From positions 1 through 54,243 of the forward strand of contig CAKPDJ010000003.1 of assembly GCA_934148875.1 (NCBI GenBank): a DNA stretch of 54,243 bases. Direction: 5' to 3'. Position 1 is the stretch's first letter, and every line of letters begins with the position of its first letter. The notes under the pieces were generated by a model. It did not search any database. It was not told the DNA's origin and saw only the letters and a list, made by a program, of their open reading frames with translations. The translations under genes were made by a program, and so were the position numbers. Positions 44,796 through 54,030 of this stretch are shown piece after piece. The DNA is from an uncultured Bacilli bacterium. Lineage in GTDB: Bacteria; Bacillota_I; Bacilli_A; RF39; UBA660.

Positions 44796-46926
44796 TTTGC
44801 TTACTCCTACTTTTTTCTAATCTAAATGCTGATGTTAAACTATAATTTTCATTGTAAAATGGATCTTTTTTTATATAATTATTCCATTTTTCATACATAA
44901 AATTACTTTCTTTTAGAAATCTTTCATATTTTTCTCCTGTTGTATCTAAACCTCTACTCTTTGATTCGTGATGATATAGTTCAACCTGTGGTAAAAAAAT
45001 ATTATAATATCCTTTTTCTAATAATCTAATGTTTAAATCTACATCATTATATGCCACTTTTAATTTTTCATCCAACCCTTTTATTTCTAAAAATTTTCTT
45101 TTTTCTATCATTAAGCAAGCTGCAGTTACCGCAGCATAATTCGTTGGAACTTCTAATAAGCCATTAAAGGCCTTGTAGTTCCTTGGTTCCCCAATAAATG
45201 AATGTGATGCAACACCACCTAGTCCTAAAACAACTCCACCATGTTGAATAGTATTATCAGGATATAGTAGTTTTACGCCTACTGTGCCAATGTGCGGTTG
45301 CATTGCATAACCAACCATTATTTCCAACCATTCTGGTGTTATAACTTCAGTATCATTATTTAATAATACTATATATTCGCCATTACAGCTTTTTACTGCT
45401 TCATTATTTAAATATGAATAGTTAAATTCACAGTTTTTTTCAATAATTCTAATATTTTTGTTGTCTTTTAAATATTTTTTAAATAAATCAATTGTTGACT
45501 TTTCTTTACTTCCATTATCGACAATTATTATTTCGTAATTTCGATATTTTGTTTTTTCTAGTATTGAATCAATACACTTTTTTAATATATCCGCATAATC
45601 CCTAGTTGGAATAATAATAGATATTTTAGGTTCTTTTTTTACTAAATACTTTACTGTATAAAATGAACTATCTTTTTTAGTCTCTACTATTGCCTGTATT
45701 TTTCTTCTTTTTAAAGCTTGCTCAATGGCCTTTTTGCCATTATCAAATGCATAATTTTTTTGGGCTTTTTTCCCTGAAGTTGAATTTTCTGACATTCTCC
45801 AATGATAAAGTATTTTTGGAATATGATATATTTTATTTGTTATTTCTGATATTTTTAAATATAAATCATAATCTTGTGCCCCTACTAAATTTTCATCAAA
45901 GCCGCCAACCTCATTAATAATACTCTTCCTTATTAAATTGAAATGACTTAAATAATTAAAACTTAACAAGGTATCAGGAGAATAATCTGGTTTAAAGTAT
46001 GGATTACATCTCAATCCATTTTTATCAAGCTTATCAAAATCACTATATATAAAATCGATGCTTTTATCATTATTTAGCACTTTAATACATTCTTCCAAAG
46101 CAATATTTGATATTGTATCATCATTATCAATTAAAGCTATAAACTCTCCACTACACATTTTAAGAGCATCATTAGATGTCTTTGAAATGTGTTGATTTTG
46201 TTTATGATATTTTACTTTAATACTTTTGTCATTCGTTTCAAGAAATTTTAAGTATTCAATTATTTCATTATTTGTTGAGCAATCATCTACTATACATACT
46301 TCATAATTCTTATATGTTTGATTTTTTATTGATTTAATACATTCTTTAAACTCCTCAATTTTAGGGTTATATACTGGAATGATAAATGAAATTAATGGAT
46401 TATATGTTAACTTTTTTTGACTTTTAGGGCTTTTAATTTCATTTTCCATAATCCATTCAATATACTCTCTTTGATCAAACGGATTTAATGTTTTATCAGT
46501 GTTATTATCATTATATTTTTTTTTAAATACACCTATATATTTTTTTAATAATTTTCTTGAAAATAATATTTGGGGATTTTTTATAATTATCTTTAATGAT
46601 TTTAGGCATAAACTAAATATTTTTTTGATTTTGAGTTTAATTTTATTAAGTATACCATTATTTACATTGTTATCATATAGTATATTATCTTCTTCAATAA
46701 TTCTTATTTTGACTTTTGATTTTGAAATTGGTATTTCGTATTTAAATCCATAATTTGAATTTGCCTTTCCAAAATAATCGCATAAGTCTTTTCTAAAAAT
46801 ATTTAATTTATATTTTTTTATTTTCTTTCCATCTTTTATTTCAATAAAGGCATTGGTGTTTGATACCCATCCTTCTAAATACAATATTTTTCCTTTTATT
46901 TCTGCCTTTTCAATATAATAATTCAT
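44785..46926 (-). CDS. Glycosyltransferase with two tandem GT2 domains
   Basis: First GT2: ISFIIPVYNP...VCIVDDCSTN...LIDNDD. Second GT2: ISIIIPTRDY...IIIVDNGS...LLNNDTEV. An N-terminal domain of ~170 aa is of unknown function. Confidence 0.75.
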   Translation of the reverse strand: MNYYIEKAEIKGKILYLEGWVSNTNAFIEIKDGKKIKKYKLNIFRKDLCDYFGKANSNYGFKYEIPISKSKVKIRIIEEDNILYDNNVNNGILNKIKLKIKKIFSLCLKSLKIIIKNPQILFSRKLLKKYIGVFKKKYNDNNTDKTLNPFDQREYIEWIMENEIKSPKSQKKLTYNPLISFIIPVYNPKIEEFKECIKSIKNQTYKNYEVCIVDDCSTNNEIIEYLKFLETNDKSIKVKYHKQNQHISKTSNDALKMCSGEFIALIDNDDTISNIALEECIKVLNNDKSIDFIYSDFDKLDKNGLRCNPYFKPDYSPDTLLSFNYLSHFNLIRKSIINEVGGFDENLVGAQDYDLYLKISEITNKIYHIPKILYHWRMSENSTSGKKAQKNYAFDNGKKAIEQALKRRKIQAIVETKKDSSFYTVKYLVKKEPKISIIIPTRDYADILKKCIDSILEKTKYRNYEIIIVDNGSKEKSTIDLFKKYLKDNKNIRIIEKNCEFNYSYLNNEAVKSCNGEYIVLLNNDTEVITPEWLEIMVGYAMQPHIGTVGVKLLYPDNTIQHGGVVLGLGGVASHSFIGEPRNYKAFNGLLEVPTNYAAVTAACLMIEKRKFLEIKGLDEKLKVAYNDVDLNIRLLEKGYYNIFLPQVELYHHESKSRGLDTTGEKYERFLKESNFMYEKWNNYIKKDPFYNENYSLTSAFRLEKSRSKQNEK

Positions 46927-46930
46927 TTTA

Positions 46931-48748
46931 TCACTTCCAAAACATTATTTTTCTTTTTATTCCTTTTATTATGTTTGTTAATCGTGTATTTTTTGAATCC
47001 TCTAATTTTTTAATTTTGTCATTTAAAGCTTCAATTGTTAGTTTATTTTGCTCATTTTCCTTATTTAATTCTTCTATAGCATGTTCCTTTTCAGCTTTTA
47101 AATTTTCTATTGTTTTGTACTGTTCTTCCTGTTTTAAATTTACTGTTTTTCTATCAAGTAATGTTTTATAATTTTTATAATCGAATATGTTATTAATGTC
47201 AAAAAAGTATTTTTCACTGGCTTTATCAAATTCATTCATCATTTCAGATGAAATTTCATATTTATCAAACATTTCTATTCTAGGAATAATCTGTTCCATT
47301 TGTGGAAGTTGTTCATATAAAATTTTTATTGAGAAATATTTAGCATAATCAAATGATAACAATTCATCAGTATACCATTCTTGATCAAATAAAATAAATT
47401 CATTATTGTTTACAAATATATTTGAAAAATTTAAATCTATTAATCCTATTTTTAAAAATTTGACTTCATTTTTATAGAATGAAAAATTAAAAATACTGTT
47501 ATTCACTTCATCTATTTTCTTTATATCTGTAAGATTTTTTTCAATATATGTAAAAACATTATCAATTAAACAATTAATTTCTTTTTTCATTGCCTTTTTA
47601 GCATACTTTTCAATTAAACTTGTTACTGTATCATATTTATAATAATTCATTTCAAGTTTTCCATTTTTTATTTCAACATGTGCACAATTAATTCCAATAG
47701 CTTCCATTTTTTCATGAACTTTTTGAATATTTAGCAAATGCTCTTTTCCTTTTTGCGATACTGCCTCTTTTATTACTTTATCTTCACATATTTTAGTTAT
47801 AGTTGCATATTCTTCATTTCTATTTGTATTTAATTTGGCAAAATCAACGATCTTTTTTATTTCTGAATCAACAGATGCTTCAACTAAAAATGAATTTGAA
47901 AACTCACCTAATAAATTATTATCTAAAATACAATCAACCGCTTTGGTTGGATCAAGAAAATATCCGTAATCATCGTGGTTGAATATTAAATCATGTTTAA
48001 CTGTAAAACTTGATGGAATATATTCATCAGTATATATTGAGTATGGTAATTTATAATCTGGAAAAGGATAATAATACCTTTGGTATTTAAAACCTGAACT
48101 CTCTAATAGGTCTGATAATTCTTTTTTACCGAATGTCTTGACTTTATAGTTATCGTAACCCATTATTCCAACATATGGTAATGATAAATGGTCTTCACTA
48201 GCTCCACACCAATATTTCAAGCCATTTCTATTTTCTATAGCAACTAAAAGTTTTCCATTTTTATTTAGATGGCTTGCTATTGTTTCTAGAAATGTTTTGT
48301 AAGGATTATCCCCTGTTGAAAATATTTTTCCATATTCTAATACTCCAATCATAACAATATAGTCATACTTTTTTTTGAATGGTATAGAATTAAAATTACC
48401 AACCATTATCTCTAAATTATTTCTATTGTTATGTCTTTCATATATTAATTCAGCTCTTCTTTTTGATGCTTCTACTACTGTAACAGATTTTGCTTTATCA
48501 CAAAGCATGCCTGTTATTGTTCCAGCACCAGCTCCTATTTCTAATATATTTGAATTTTCATTAAATGGATACCAATTTAAGATATTTTGTCTTATTGGAG
48601 TTAATAAATAAAAATAAGCTAAATCTTGATACTCTTTTGGTGAATAATTTCTATTTTTCTTAAATTTGTTAATTAAATCTTGCTCAATATCACCATCATT
48701 GTATACATCTTTTCCCTCATAATATTTATAATTTATTTTGGCTGACAC
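46931..48748 (-). CDS. WbdD-like chain terminator candidate: SAM methyltransferase + kinase-like domain + C-terminal coiled coil
   Basis: SAM motif I ILEIGAGAGTITGML. Mid-protein kinase/APH-like loop GLIDLNFSNIFVNNNEFILFDQEW. C-terminal heptad-rich segment KTIENLKAEKEHAIEELNKENEQNKLTIEALNDKIKKLEDS. Confidence 0.55.
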   Translation of the reverse strand: MSAKINYKYYEGKDVYNDGDIEQDLINKFKKNRNYSPKEYQDLAYFYLLTPIRQNILNWYPFNENSNILEIGAGAGTITGMLCDKAKSVTVVEASKRRAELIYERHNNRNNLEIMVGNFNSIPFKKKYDYIVMIGVLEYGKIFSTGDNPYKTFLETIASHLNKNGKLLVAIENRNGLKYWCGASEDHLSLPYVGIMGYDNYKVKTFGKKELSDLLESSGFKYQRYYYPFPDYKLPYSIYTDEYIPSSFTVKHDLIFNHDDYGYFLDPTKAVDCILDNNLLGEFSNSFLVEASVDSEIKKIVDFAKLNTNRNEEYATITKICEDKVIKEAVSQKGKEHLLNIQKVHEKMEAIGINCAHVEIKNGKLEMNYYKYDTVTSLIEKYAKKAMKKEINCLIDNVFTYIEKNLTDIKKIDEVNNSIFNFSFYKNEVKFLKIGLIDLNFSNIFVNNNEFILFDQEWYTDELLSFDYAKYFSIKILYEQLPQMEQIIPRIEMFDKYEISSEMMNEFDKASEKYFFDINNIFDYKNYKTLLDRKTVNLKQEEQYKTIENLKAEKEHAIEELNKENEQNKLTIEALNDKIKKLEDSKNTRLTNIIKGIKRKIMFWK

Positions 48749-49341
48749 TTTTCATCATCCTTCTTTCTTTTTTTGATTAATTTTGCTGGTACACCGCCAT
48801 AAATACTATATGGTGGAACATCTTTTGTTACTACAGCACCAGCTGCTATAATTGATCCATCACCAATGGTGACTCCTTTTGTTATTATTGCATTTGCACC
48901 TATCCATACATCTTCACCAATAGTGACTTTCTCTGTTGTTATTCCTTGAGAACTAATCGTTTGACTTAAATCGTCGTATTTATGATCTGTATCTCTTATC
49001 GAAACATTGCTTGCAATAATTGTGGCAAAGCCTATATCTATTTCCGAACTGCATCCTATAATTGTCTGTTCACCTATGGAAACCCAATCGCCTATCTTCA
49101 AATTTCCTGACCCTTGTATGGTAATATTTGGCTCAAAGTTAACATGCTTTCCTAAATTAATTTTTAATAGGTTGTTATTATATCCTAGCATTGGATTAAT
49201 ACGGAACCTTTTTTTGATTACCACATTTTTACCTACTTTTTCAAATACAAAAAAATATCTCAATTTGTAATAAAATGTAGTTATCTTATTTTGAAGATTT
49301 AAAATTTTTTGATTTAATAAGTAAATTTTTCTATATTTCAT
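48733..49341 (-). CDS. Hexapeptide-repeat (LbH) O-acetyltransferase
   Basis: Left-handed beta-helix repeats: IGDWVSIGEQTIIG, IGEDVWIGANAIITKGVTIGDGSIIAAGAVVTKDVPPYSIYGGVPAKLI. Confidence 0.8.
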   Translation of the reverse strand: MKYRKIYLLNQKILNLQNKITTFYYKLRYFFVFEKVGKNVVIKKRFRINPMLGYNNNLLKINLGKHVNFEPNITIQGSGNLKIGDWVSIGEQTIIGCSSEIDIGFATIIASNVSIRDTDHKYDDLSQTISSQGITTEKVTIGEDVWIGANAIITKGVTIGDGSIIAAGAVVTKDVPPYSIYGGVPAKLIKKRKKDDEKCQPK

Positions 49342-49351
49342 AAGTTCCTCA

Positions 49352-50623
49352 TTATTTATTAATTATATTTTTTTCTATTTTTGAATTAAGTTTAAATAAT
49401 CCTAATAATCCTTCATCAGAAGTTATTTGAAATAAAATACAATCATACATTCTGTCAAATATTTCTACTTCACCATTTTTTTGAATTTTACCACATCCAA
49501 GCGATAATGTATATCTTTCTGGTTTTAGTGGAATTTTTTGTTTGTAGCTTATTTCTACTATCTGGCCACTTTTAAAGTCGATATATTCAGAAATTCCGCA
49601 ATATTCTATTCCATTAAAATCCTTAATTGAAAAAGTTACCATTACGTTTTCAGCATCTATATCTGACCTTAATTTTATATAAACTGTTACTTCTTCATTA
49701 TTATCAATAATATTGGATATTTTATTTTCTTCATTAAAAATACAAAAATCAACTATTTCAATTTTTTTATTTCCATATCTATCCATATTTGGATTTAATT
49801 CTATTTCTTTTTGATAAAGCTTTTCCTTTTTATTATTCTTATTACTTGAACTTATTTTATCGATTTTTGTTGATTTTTTTTCTACACTTTCAGCCATTCT
49901 TTTTTTGTAAAAGTCAACACCATCCTTTGTTGAACCGTCAAATATTTTTGTACCATTTTCTAATACTATTGTCCTAGTGCAATTTGCCAAAATATCACTA
50001 ATATTATGTGATACAAAAATTATAGTCTTCCCTTTTTTCTTAAACTCTTCAAATCTTTTGAAGCACTTTAACTGAAAAGCAATATCACCTACTGATAACA
50101 CTTCATCAACTATAAGTATATCTGGATCTACATTTATAGCACACGCAAATGCTAATCTAGCAAACATTCCTGATGAATATGTTTTTACTGGTTGGTATAA
50201 ATGATCACCAATATCTGCAAAATCTATTATATCTTTTTCTCTTGCTTTTATTTCTTCATTCGTTAAACCCATGACTTGTCCATGTTGGTATATATTTTCT
50301 ATTCCTGTTAAATCTAAATTAAATGCTGCTCCTAATTCTAGTAATGAACTTATTTTACCTTTAACCATTATGTCGCCACTTGTTGCTGTTACTACACCTG
50401 TTATTATTTTAAGTAATGTGCTTTTTCCTGCGCCATTTTTGCCAAGGATTCCTAAGACTTCTCCTTCATTTATTTCTAAATCAATATTTTCTAGTGCTTT
50501 AAATGTTTTGTGTTTTTCTTTTCTAAAGAAAACTGTTTCTAACATCTTATCCTTTTTACTATCAAACATTTTATATTCTTTATTTAATTGTTTTATTTCT
50601 ATTACTTTATTTGTCATATACAC
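49352..50623 (-). CDS. wzt: Polysaccharide ABC exporter ATPase (Wzt/TagH type) with C-terminal beta-rich extension
   Basis: Walker A GILGKNGAGKSTLLK, signature YSSGMFARLAFA, Walker B ILIVDEVLSVGD. An extra C-terminal domain of ~170 aa (IEIVDFCIFNEE...VTVYIKL...YTLSLGCG) resembles Wzt carbohydrate-binding domains. Confidence 0.8.
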   Translation of the reverse strand: MYMTNKVIEIKQLNKEYKMFDSKKDKMLETVFFRKEKHKTFKALENIDLEINEGEVLGILGKNGAGKSTLLKIITGVVTATSGDIMVKGKISSLLELGAAFNLDLTGIENIYQHGQVMGLTNEEIKAREKDIIDFADIGDHLYQPVKTYSSGMFARLAFACAINVDPDILIVDEVLSVGDIAFQLKCFKRFEEFKKKGKTIIFVSHNISDILANCTRTIVLENGTKIFDGSTKDGVDFYKKRMAESVEKKSTKIDKISSSNKNNKKEKLYQKEIELNPNMDRYGNKKIEIVDFCIFNEENKISNIIDNNEEVTVYIKLRSDIDAENVMVTFSIKDFNGIEYCGISEYIDFKSGQIVEISYKQKIPLKPERYTLSLGCGKIQKNGEVEIFDRMYDCILFQITSDEGLLGLFKLNSKIEKNIINK

Positions 50624-50625
50624 CT

Positions 50626-51417
50626 CTATAGTACATCTGCAAAGTCTTTACGATTTTTATTAAATACAGCATTTCCCCATACATAAATTATTATTGTGAA
50701 ACTCCAAAATACAATTGTTGGAATTAAATTTGTCCCTAAAATGACATCATTTCCAGTAAACACATTTCTGATACAATTAACTAGATATGTAAATGGAAAA
50801 CAATTCATTATATTTAATAATATTTCATTACCCTCTAACATGTCTAAATTCCAAACAATTGGTGTAAACCAGAAAAATAATTGCATTACTACACTTAACA
50901 ATTGAGAAAAATCTGGGATTATTGTGCATATCGTTGATGTGAATCTATTAATTGATAATATTAAAGAGTAAGCTGCAATTAAAATATATATTAATAAAAT
51001 AAAATTTGGTATAAAGCCATATATGCAGCATACAATAGTTGAAATTATAATCAAAAATAATCCAATAATACTAGAACTACAAAGTGAAATCACTGGAATT
51101 ATTTCAACAGGGAATACTACTTTTTTTACTAAATAACTATAATTTCTTATTGAAGAACTGCCTGATAAAATACTTTCATTTATAAACATCCACATTGCCA
51201 TTCCTGGTAAGAACCATACAATATATGGTAAATCACCCGAACTTCCTATTTTTAATATATATTGAAATACAATAACATATGTAATCATAAAAACAAATGG
51301 ATTTACAAAGCCCCATATTGCCCCTAGACTTGTATTTGCAAATTTATTTTTGAATTCGTTTTTTCCCAATTGAATTATTAATTTTCTGTTATTTTTTACA
51401 CTTTCGAAAAACTTCAT
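50626..51417 (-). CDS. wzm: Polysaccharide ABC-2 exporter permease (Wzm/TagG type)
   Basis: 263 aa with 6 TM segments and an ABC-2-type layout. Directly upstream of, and nearly abutting, the ATPase gene. Confidence 0.8.
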   Translation of the reverse strand: MKFFESVKNNRKLIIQLGKNEFKNKFANTSLGAIWGFVNPFVFMITYVIVFQYILKIGSSGDLPYIVWFLPGMAMWMFINESILSGSSSIRNYSYLVKKVVFPVEIIPVISLCSSSIIGLFLIIISTIVCCIYGFIPNFILLIYILIAAYSLILSINRFTSTICTIIPDFSQLLSVVMQLFFWFTPIVWNLDMLEGNEILLNIMNCFPFTYLVNCIRNVFTGNDVILGTNLIPTIVFWSFTIIIYVWGNAVFNKNRKDFADVL

Positions 51418-51540
51418 TTTTTCCTCCTATTTTATATTTCGTCTCTTTTAATTATAACTTAAAAAGTGTTATATTACAAATAATATAATACTTTTTTCCT
51501 ATAGTTAATTTTATAAAAATACAATTGGTTTGTTATAAAC

Positions 51541-51575
51541 AAAAAAATAATTATGGTTTTATCCATAATTATTTT
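51541..51575 (-). terminator. Hairpin terminator/attenuator between rfbC-rfbD and wzm
   Basis: 13-bp perfect stem (51544-51556 pairs with 51563-51575) with a 6-nt loop. TTTGTTTAT follows on the minus strand. It lies in a 179-bp intergenic gap that probably also holds a promoter for wzm. Confidence 0.5.
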
Positions 51576-51596
51576 AATAAACGTACAAAATGCTAT

Positions 51597-53051
51597 TTAA
51601 TTTTCTAGTTCTTTTTTATATTCATCAACTGCATCATGCCAATCTTGTAATTCTTTAAAACCATTTTCTGTTAATTTACTTTTATCTAATTTAGATACTA
51701 ATGGCCTTTCTGCAATATTTAATATTTTTCCTTCTTGCTTAGCCTTTTCATATTGTGGCTTATAGTATTCTTCTGTTGTAACATAATTTACTTTTGTATT
51801 TGTATCTTTTAAAATGTAAGATGCAAATTCAGCCCATGATGTATAACCACTATTAGTAGCATGATAAATACCATATTTATCTGTTTTGCTCATATCAACC
51901 AGCAATCGTGCTAAATCAACTGTATAAGTAGGTGAACCTATTTGATCACTAACTACATTTAAATTATTATGAGTTTCAGATAACTTTAACATTGTTTTAA
52001 CAAAATTATTTCCATTTATTCCAAATACCCATGCTGTTCTTACTACAAACGTTTTTGGATTTTCTAAAGCTGCTAGTTCACCTAAATATTTTGTTTTACC
52101 ATAAACACTTAACGGATTAACTTTATCTTCTGGTTTATAAGAAGCAGTTTTTTCTAATTTACCATCAAAAACATAATCGGTAGATACATAAATAAGTTTT
52201 GCTCCAACTTTTCTACAAGCTTCAGAGATATTCTTAGTTCCCTCAACATTTATTTTATAAGCAAGTTCTTCACTTTCCTCTGCTTTATCTACTGCTGTAT
52301 AGGCAGCACAATGAAAAACATACTCAGGCTCATATTCACTAATAATTTTATCAACAATTCTTTTGTTAGTTATATCCATATCATCAACATCTAGAGCTAA
52401 AATATCATATATACCTCTTTTATTAAGTTCCCTTACAATATCATATCCAAGTTGTCCTTTACAACCTGTTACTAAATACCTCTTATGCATATAAAAATTA
52501 GGATTAATCTCTGACATTTTCTTTCTTACTTTATCCTTATCACTTAAAATAGGTTCGGTTATTCCATATTTTTCGAATTGCCAATCTATATTAATTTCAG
52601 GATCATCCCAGGCAAAACCATTTTCATGACTAGGTTTATAATCACTATCAACTAAATATTGAAATAAAGTATTATCCTTAAAACTTACAAACCCGTGTGC
52701 AAAACCACGTGGTACATATAACTGTCTACCATTTTCAGGAGTTAGCTCTACACTTATCCATTTCTTATAACTTGGAGAATCTTTTCTTAAATCTACAACG
52801 ACATCTAATACTCCACCAGATAAACATTCAACTAGCTTTGCTTGACATAATGGATCTTCTTGAAAGTGTAATCCTCTTACTATTCCCTTTCCACTTAAGC
52901 TTCTTGCTCCCTGAACTATACCTTTTAAAGTTAGACCTTCTTGGTTATTTTTTTCTTCTATAAAAAATGGAGAGTAATATCCTCTTTCATCTCCAAATTT
53001 ATCTGGTTCAATAATATAACAATCTTTTAATTTAGTTTCTATTTTTTTCAT
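51597..53051 (-). CDS. rfbC-rfbD: Fused dTDP-4-dehydrorhamnose 3,5-epimerase / dTDP-4-dehydrorhamnose reductase
   Basis: The N-terminal ~180 aa carry RfbC motifs (KFGDERGYY, RGLHFQ, VPRGFAHGF). The C-terminal ~290 aa carry RfbD motifs (LVTGCKGQLGYD, HCAAYTAVDKAE, STDYVFDG, YGKTK). Confidence 0.85.
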   Translation of the reverse strand: MKKIETKLKDCYIIEPDKFGDERGYYSPFFIEEKNNQEGLTLKGIVQGARSLSGKGIVRGLHFQEDPLCQAKLVECLSGGVLDVVVDLRKDSPSYKKWISVELTPENGRQLYVPRGFAHGFVSFKDNTLFQYLVDSDYKPSHENGFAWDDPEINIDWQFEKYGITEPILSDKDKVRKKMSEINPNFYMHKRYLVTGCKGQLGYDIVRELNKRGIYDILALDVDDMDITNKRIVDKIISEYEPEYVFHCAAYTAVDKAEESEELAYKINVEGTKNISEACRKVGAKLIYVSTDYVFDGKLEKTASYKPEDKVNPLSVYGKTKYLGELAALENPKTFVVRTAWVFGINGNNFVKTMLKLSETHNNLNVVSDQIGSPTYTVDLARLLVDMSKTDKYGIYHATNSGYTSWAEFASYILKDTNTKVNYVTTEEYYKPQYEKAKQEGKILNIAERPLVSKLDKSKLTENGFKELQDWHDAVDEYKKELEN

Positions 53052-53076
53052 TTTTTCCTCCTAAGTTTTATTGCTA

Positions 53077-53958
53077 TTATTTTTTACTTTTTTCATATGT
53101 TTTCATTAAATATTTTCCATAATCATTCTTTTTCATTAATTCTGCTCTAGTCAATAATTCTTCATCTGTTATCCAACCATTTTTGTAAGCTATTTGTTCT
53201 GGACAGCTTATGATGGAAGCTCTTAAATTCTGTAATGTTTTTATGGTATTGCTGGCATCTAATAAACTATCTGTTAATCCCGTATCAAACCAAGCATATC
53301 CTCCACCTAAAAGTTCGGCCTTTAATTTTCCTTCCTCTAAATACATTCTGTTTAAATCAGTTATTTCATATTCTCCACGAGCTGATTTTTCTATTTTAAA
53401 AGCCTTATCTGCTACTCTATTATCATAGAAATATAGTCCAGTTATAGCAAAATCACTTTTTGGCTTTTCTGGTTTTTCTTCTACGGAAACGACATTATGC
53501 TTTTCATCTATTTCCATAATTCCAAATCTTTCTGGATCTTTTACTTGGTAACCAAATATTGTTGCATAACCATTTTCAGCACTGATTCTAGCATTTTTTA
53601 ATTTTTCTACCAAACCTTCTCCAAAGAAGATGTTATCACCCAACACCATGGCACATGTATCATTTCCAATAAAATCTTTTCCTAAAGTAAATGCTTGGGC
53701 AAGTCCATCGGGTGACGGTTGAACAATATACTCAATATTTAAACCAAGTTGTTTTCCTGTTCCAAATAATCTTTTAAAACCCGGTTGATCCTGCTCAGTT
53801 GTTATTAAAAGTATATCCTTTATTCCAGCTAACATTAATGTTGATAGTGGATAATAAATCATTGGCTTGTCATATATTGGGATTAATTGTTTACTAATTC
53901 CCTCAGTTATTGGATAAAGTCTAGTTCCAGACCCTCCTGCTAATATTATTCCTTTCAT
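53077..53958 (-). CDS. rfbA: Glucose-1-phosphate thymidylyltransferase
   Basis: Motifs: [61 protein letters not shown]. Confidence 0.92.
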   Translation of the reverse strand: MKGIILAGGSGTRLYPITEGISKQLIPIYDKPMIYYPLSTLMLAGIKDILLITTEQDQPGFKRLFGTGKQLGLNIEYIVQPSPDGLAQAFTLGKDFIGNDTCAMVLGDNIFFGEGLVEKLKNARISAENGYATIFGYQVKDPERFGIMEIDEKHNVVSVEEKPEKPKSDFAITGLYFYDNRVADKAFKIEKSARGEYEITDLNRMYLEEGKLKAELLGGGYAWFDTGLTDSLLDASNTIKTLQNLRASIISCPEQIAYKNGWITDEELLTRAELMKKNDYGKYLMKTYEKSKK

Positions 53959-53990
53959 ATCAAAACCCTCCTATATTAAGTATAAAACAA

Positions 53991-54024
53991 AAAGCAGCGT
54001 ATCTCAACAAATACGATGCTTTTT
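53991..54024 (-). terminator. Rho-independent terminator after the Rpn-like gene
   Basis: Stem 53991-54002 pairs with 54011-54022 (one mismatch) with an 8-nt loop. TTGTTTTATA follows on the minus strand. It begins 9 nt after the stop codon at 54031-54033. Confidence 0.55.
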
Positions 54025-54030
54025 GTTAAA

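Larger units (their letters stand above)
34593..53958 (-). other. ABC-transporter-dependent, rhamnose-type surface/cell-wall polysaccharide biosynthesis operon
   Basis: 17 co-directional, tightly packed genes: rfbA, rfbC-rfbD, wzm, wzt, acetyltransferase, methyltransferase, 5 glycosyltransferase genes, wecB, an oxidoreductase, a small flippase-like protein, and galE. Confidence 0.75.
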
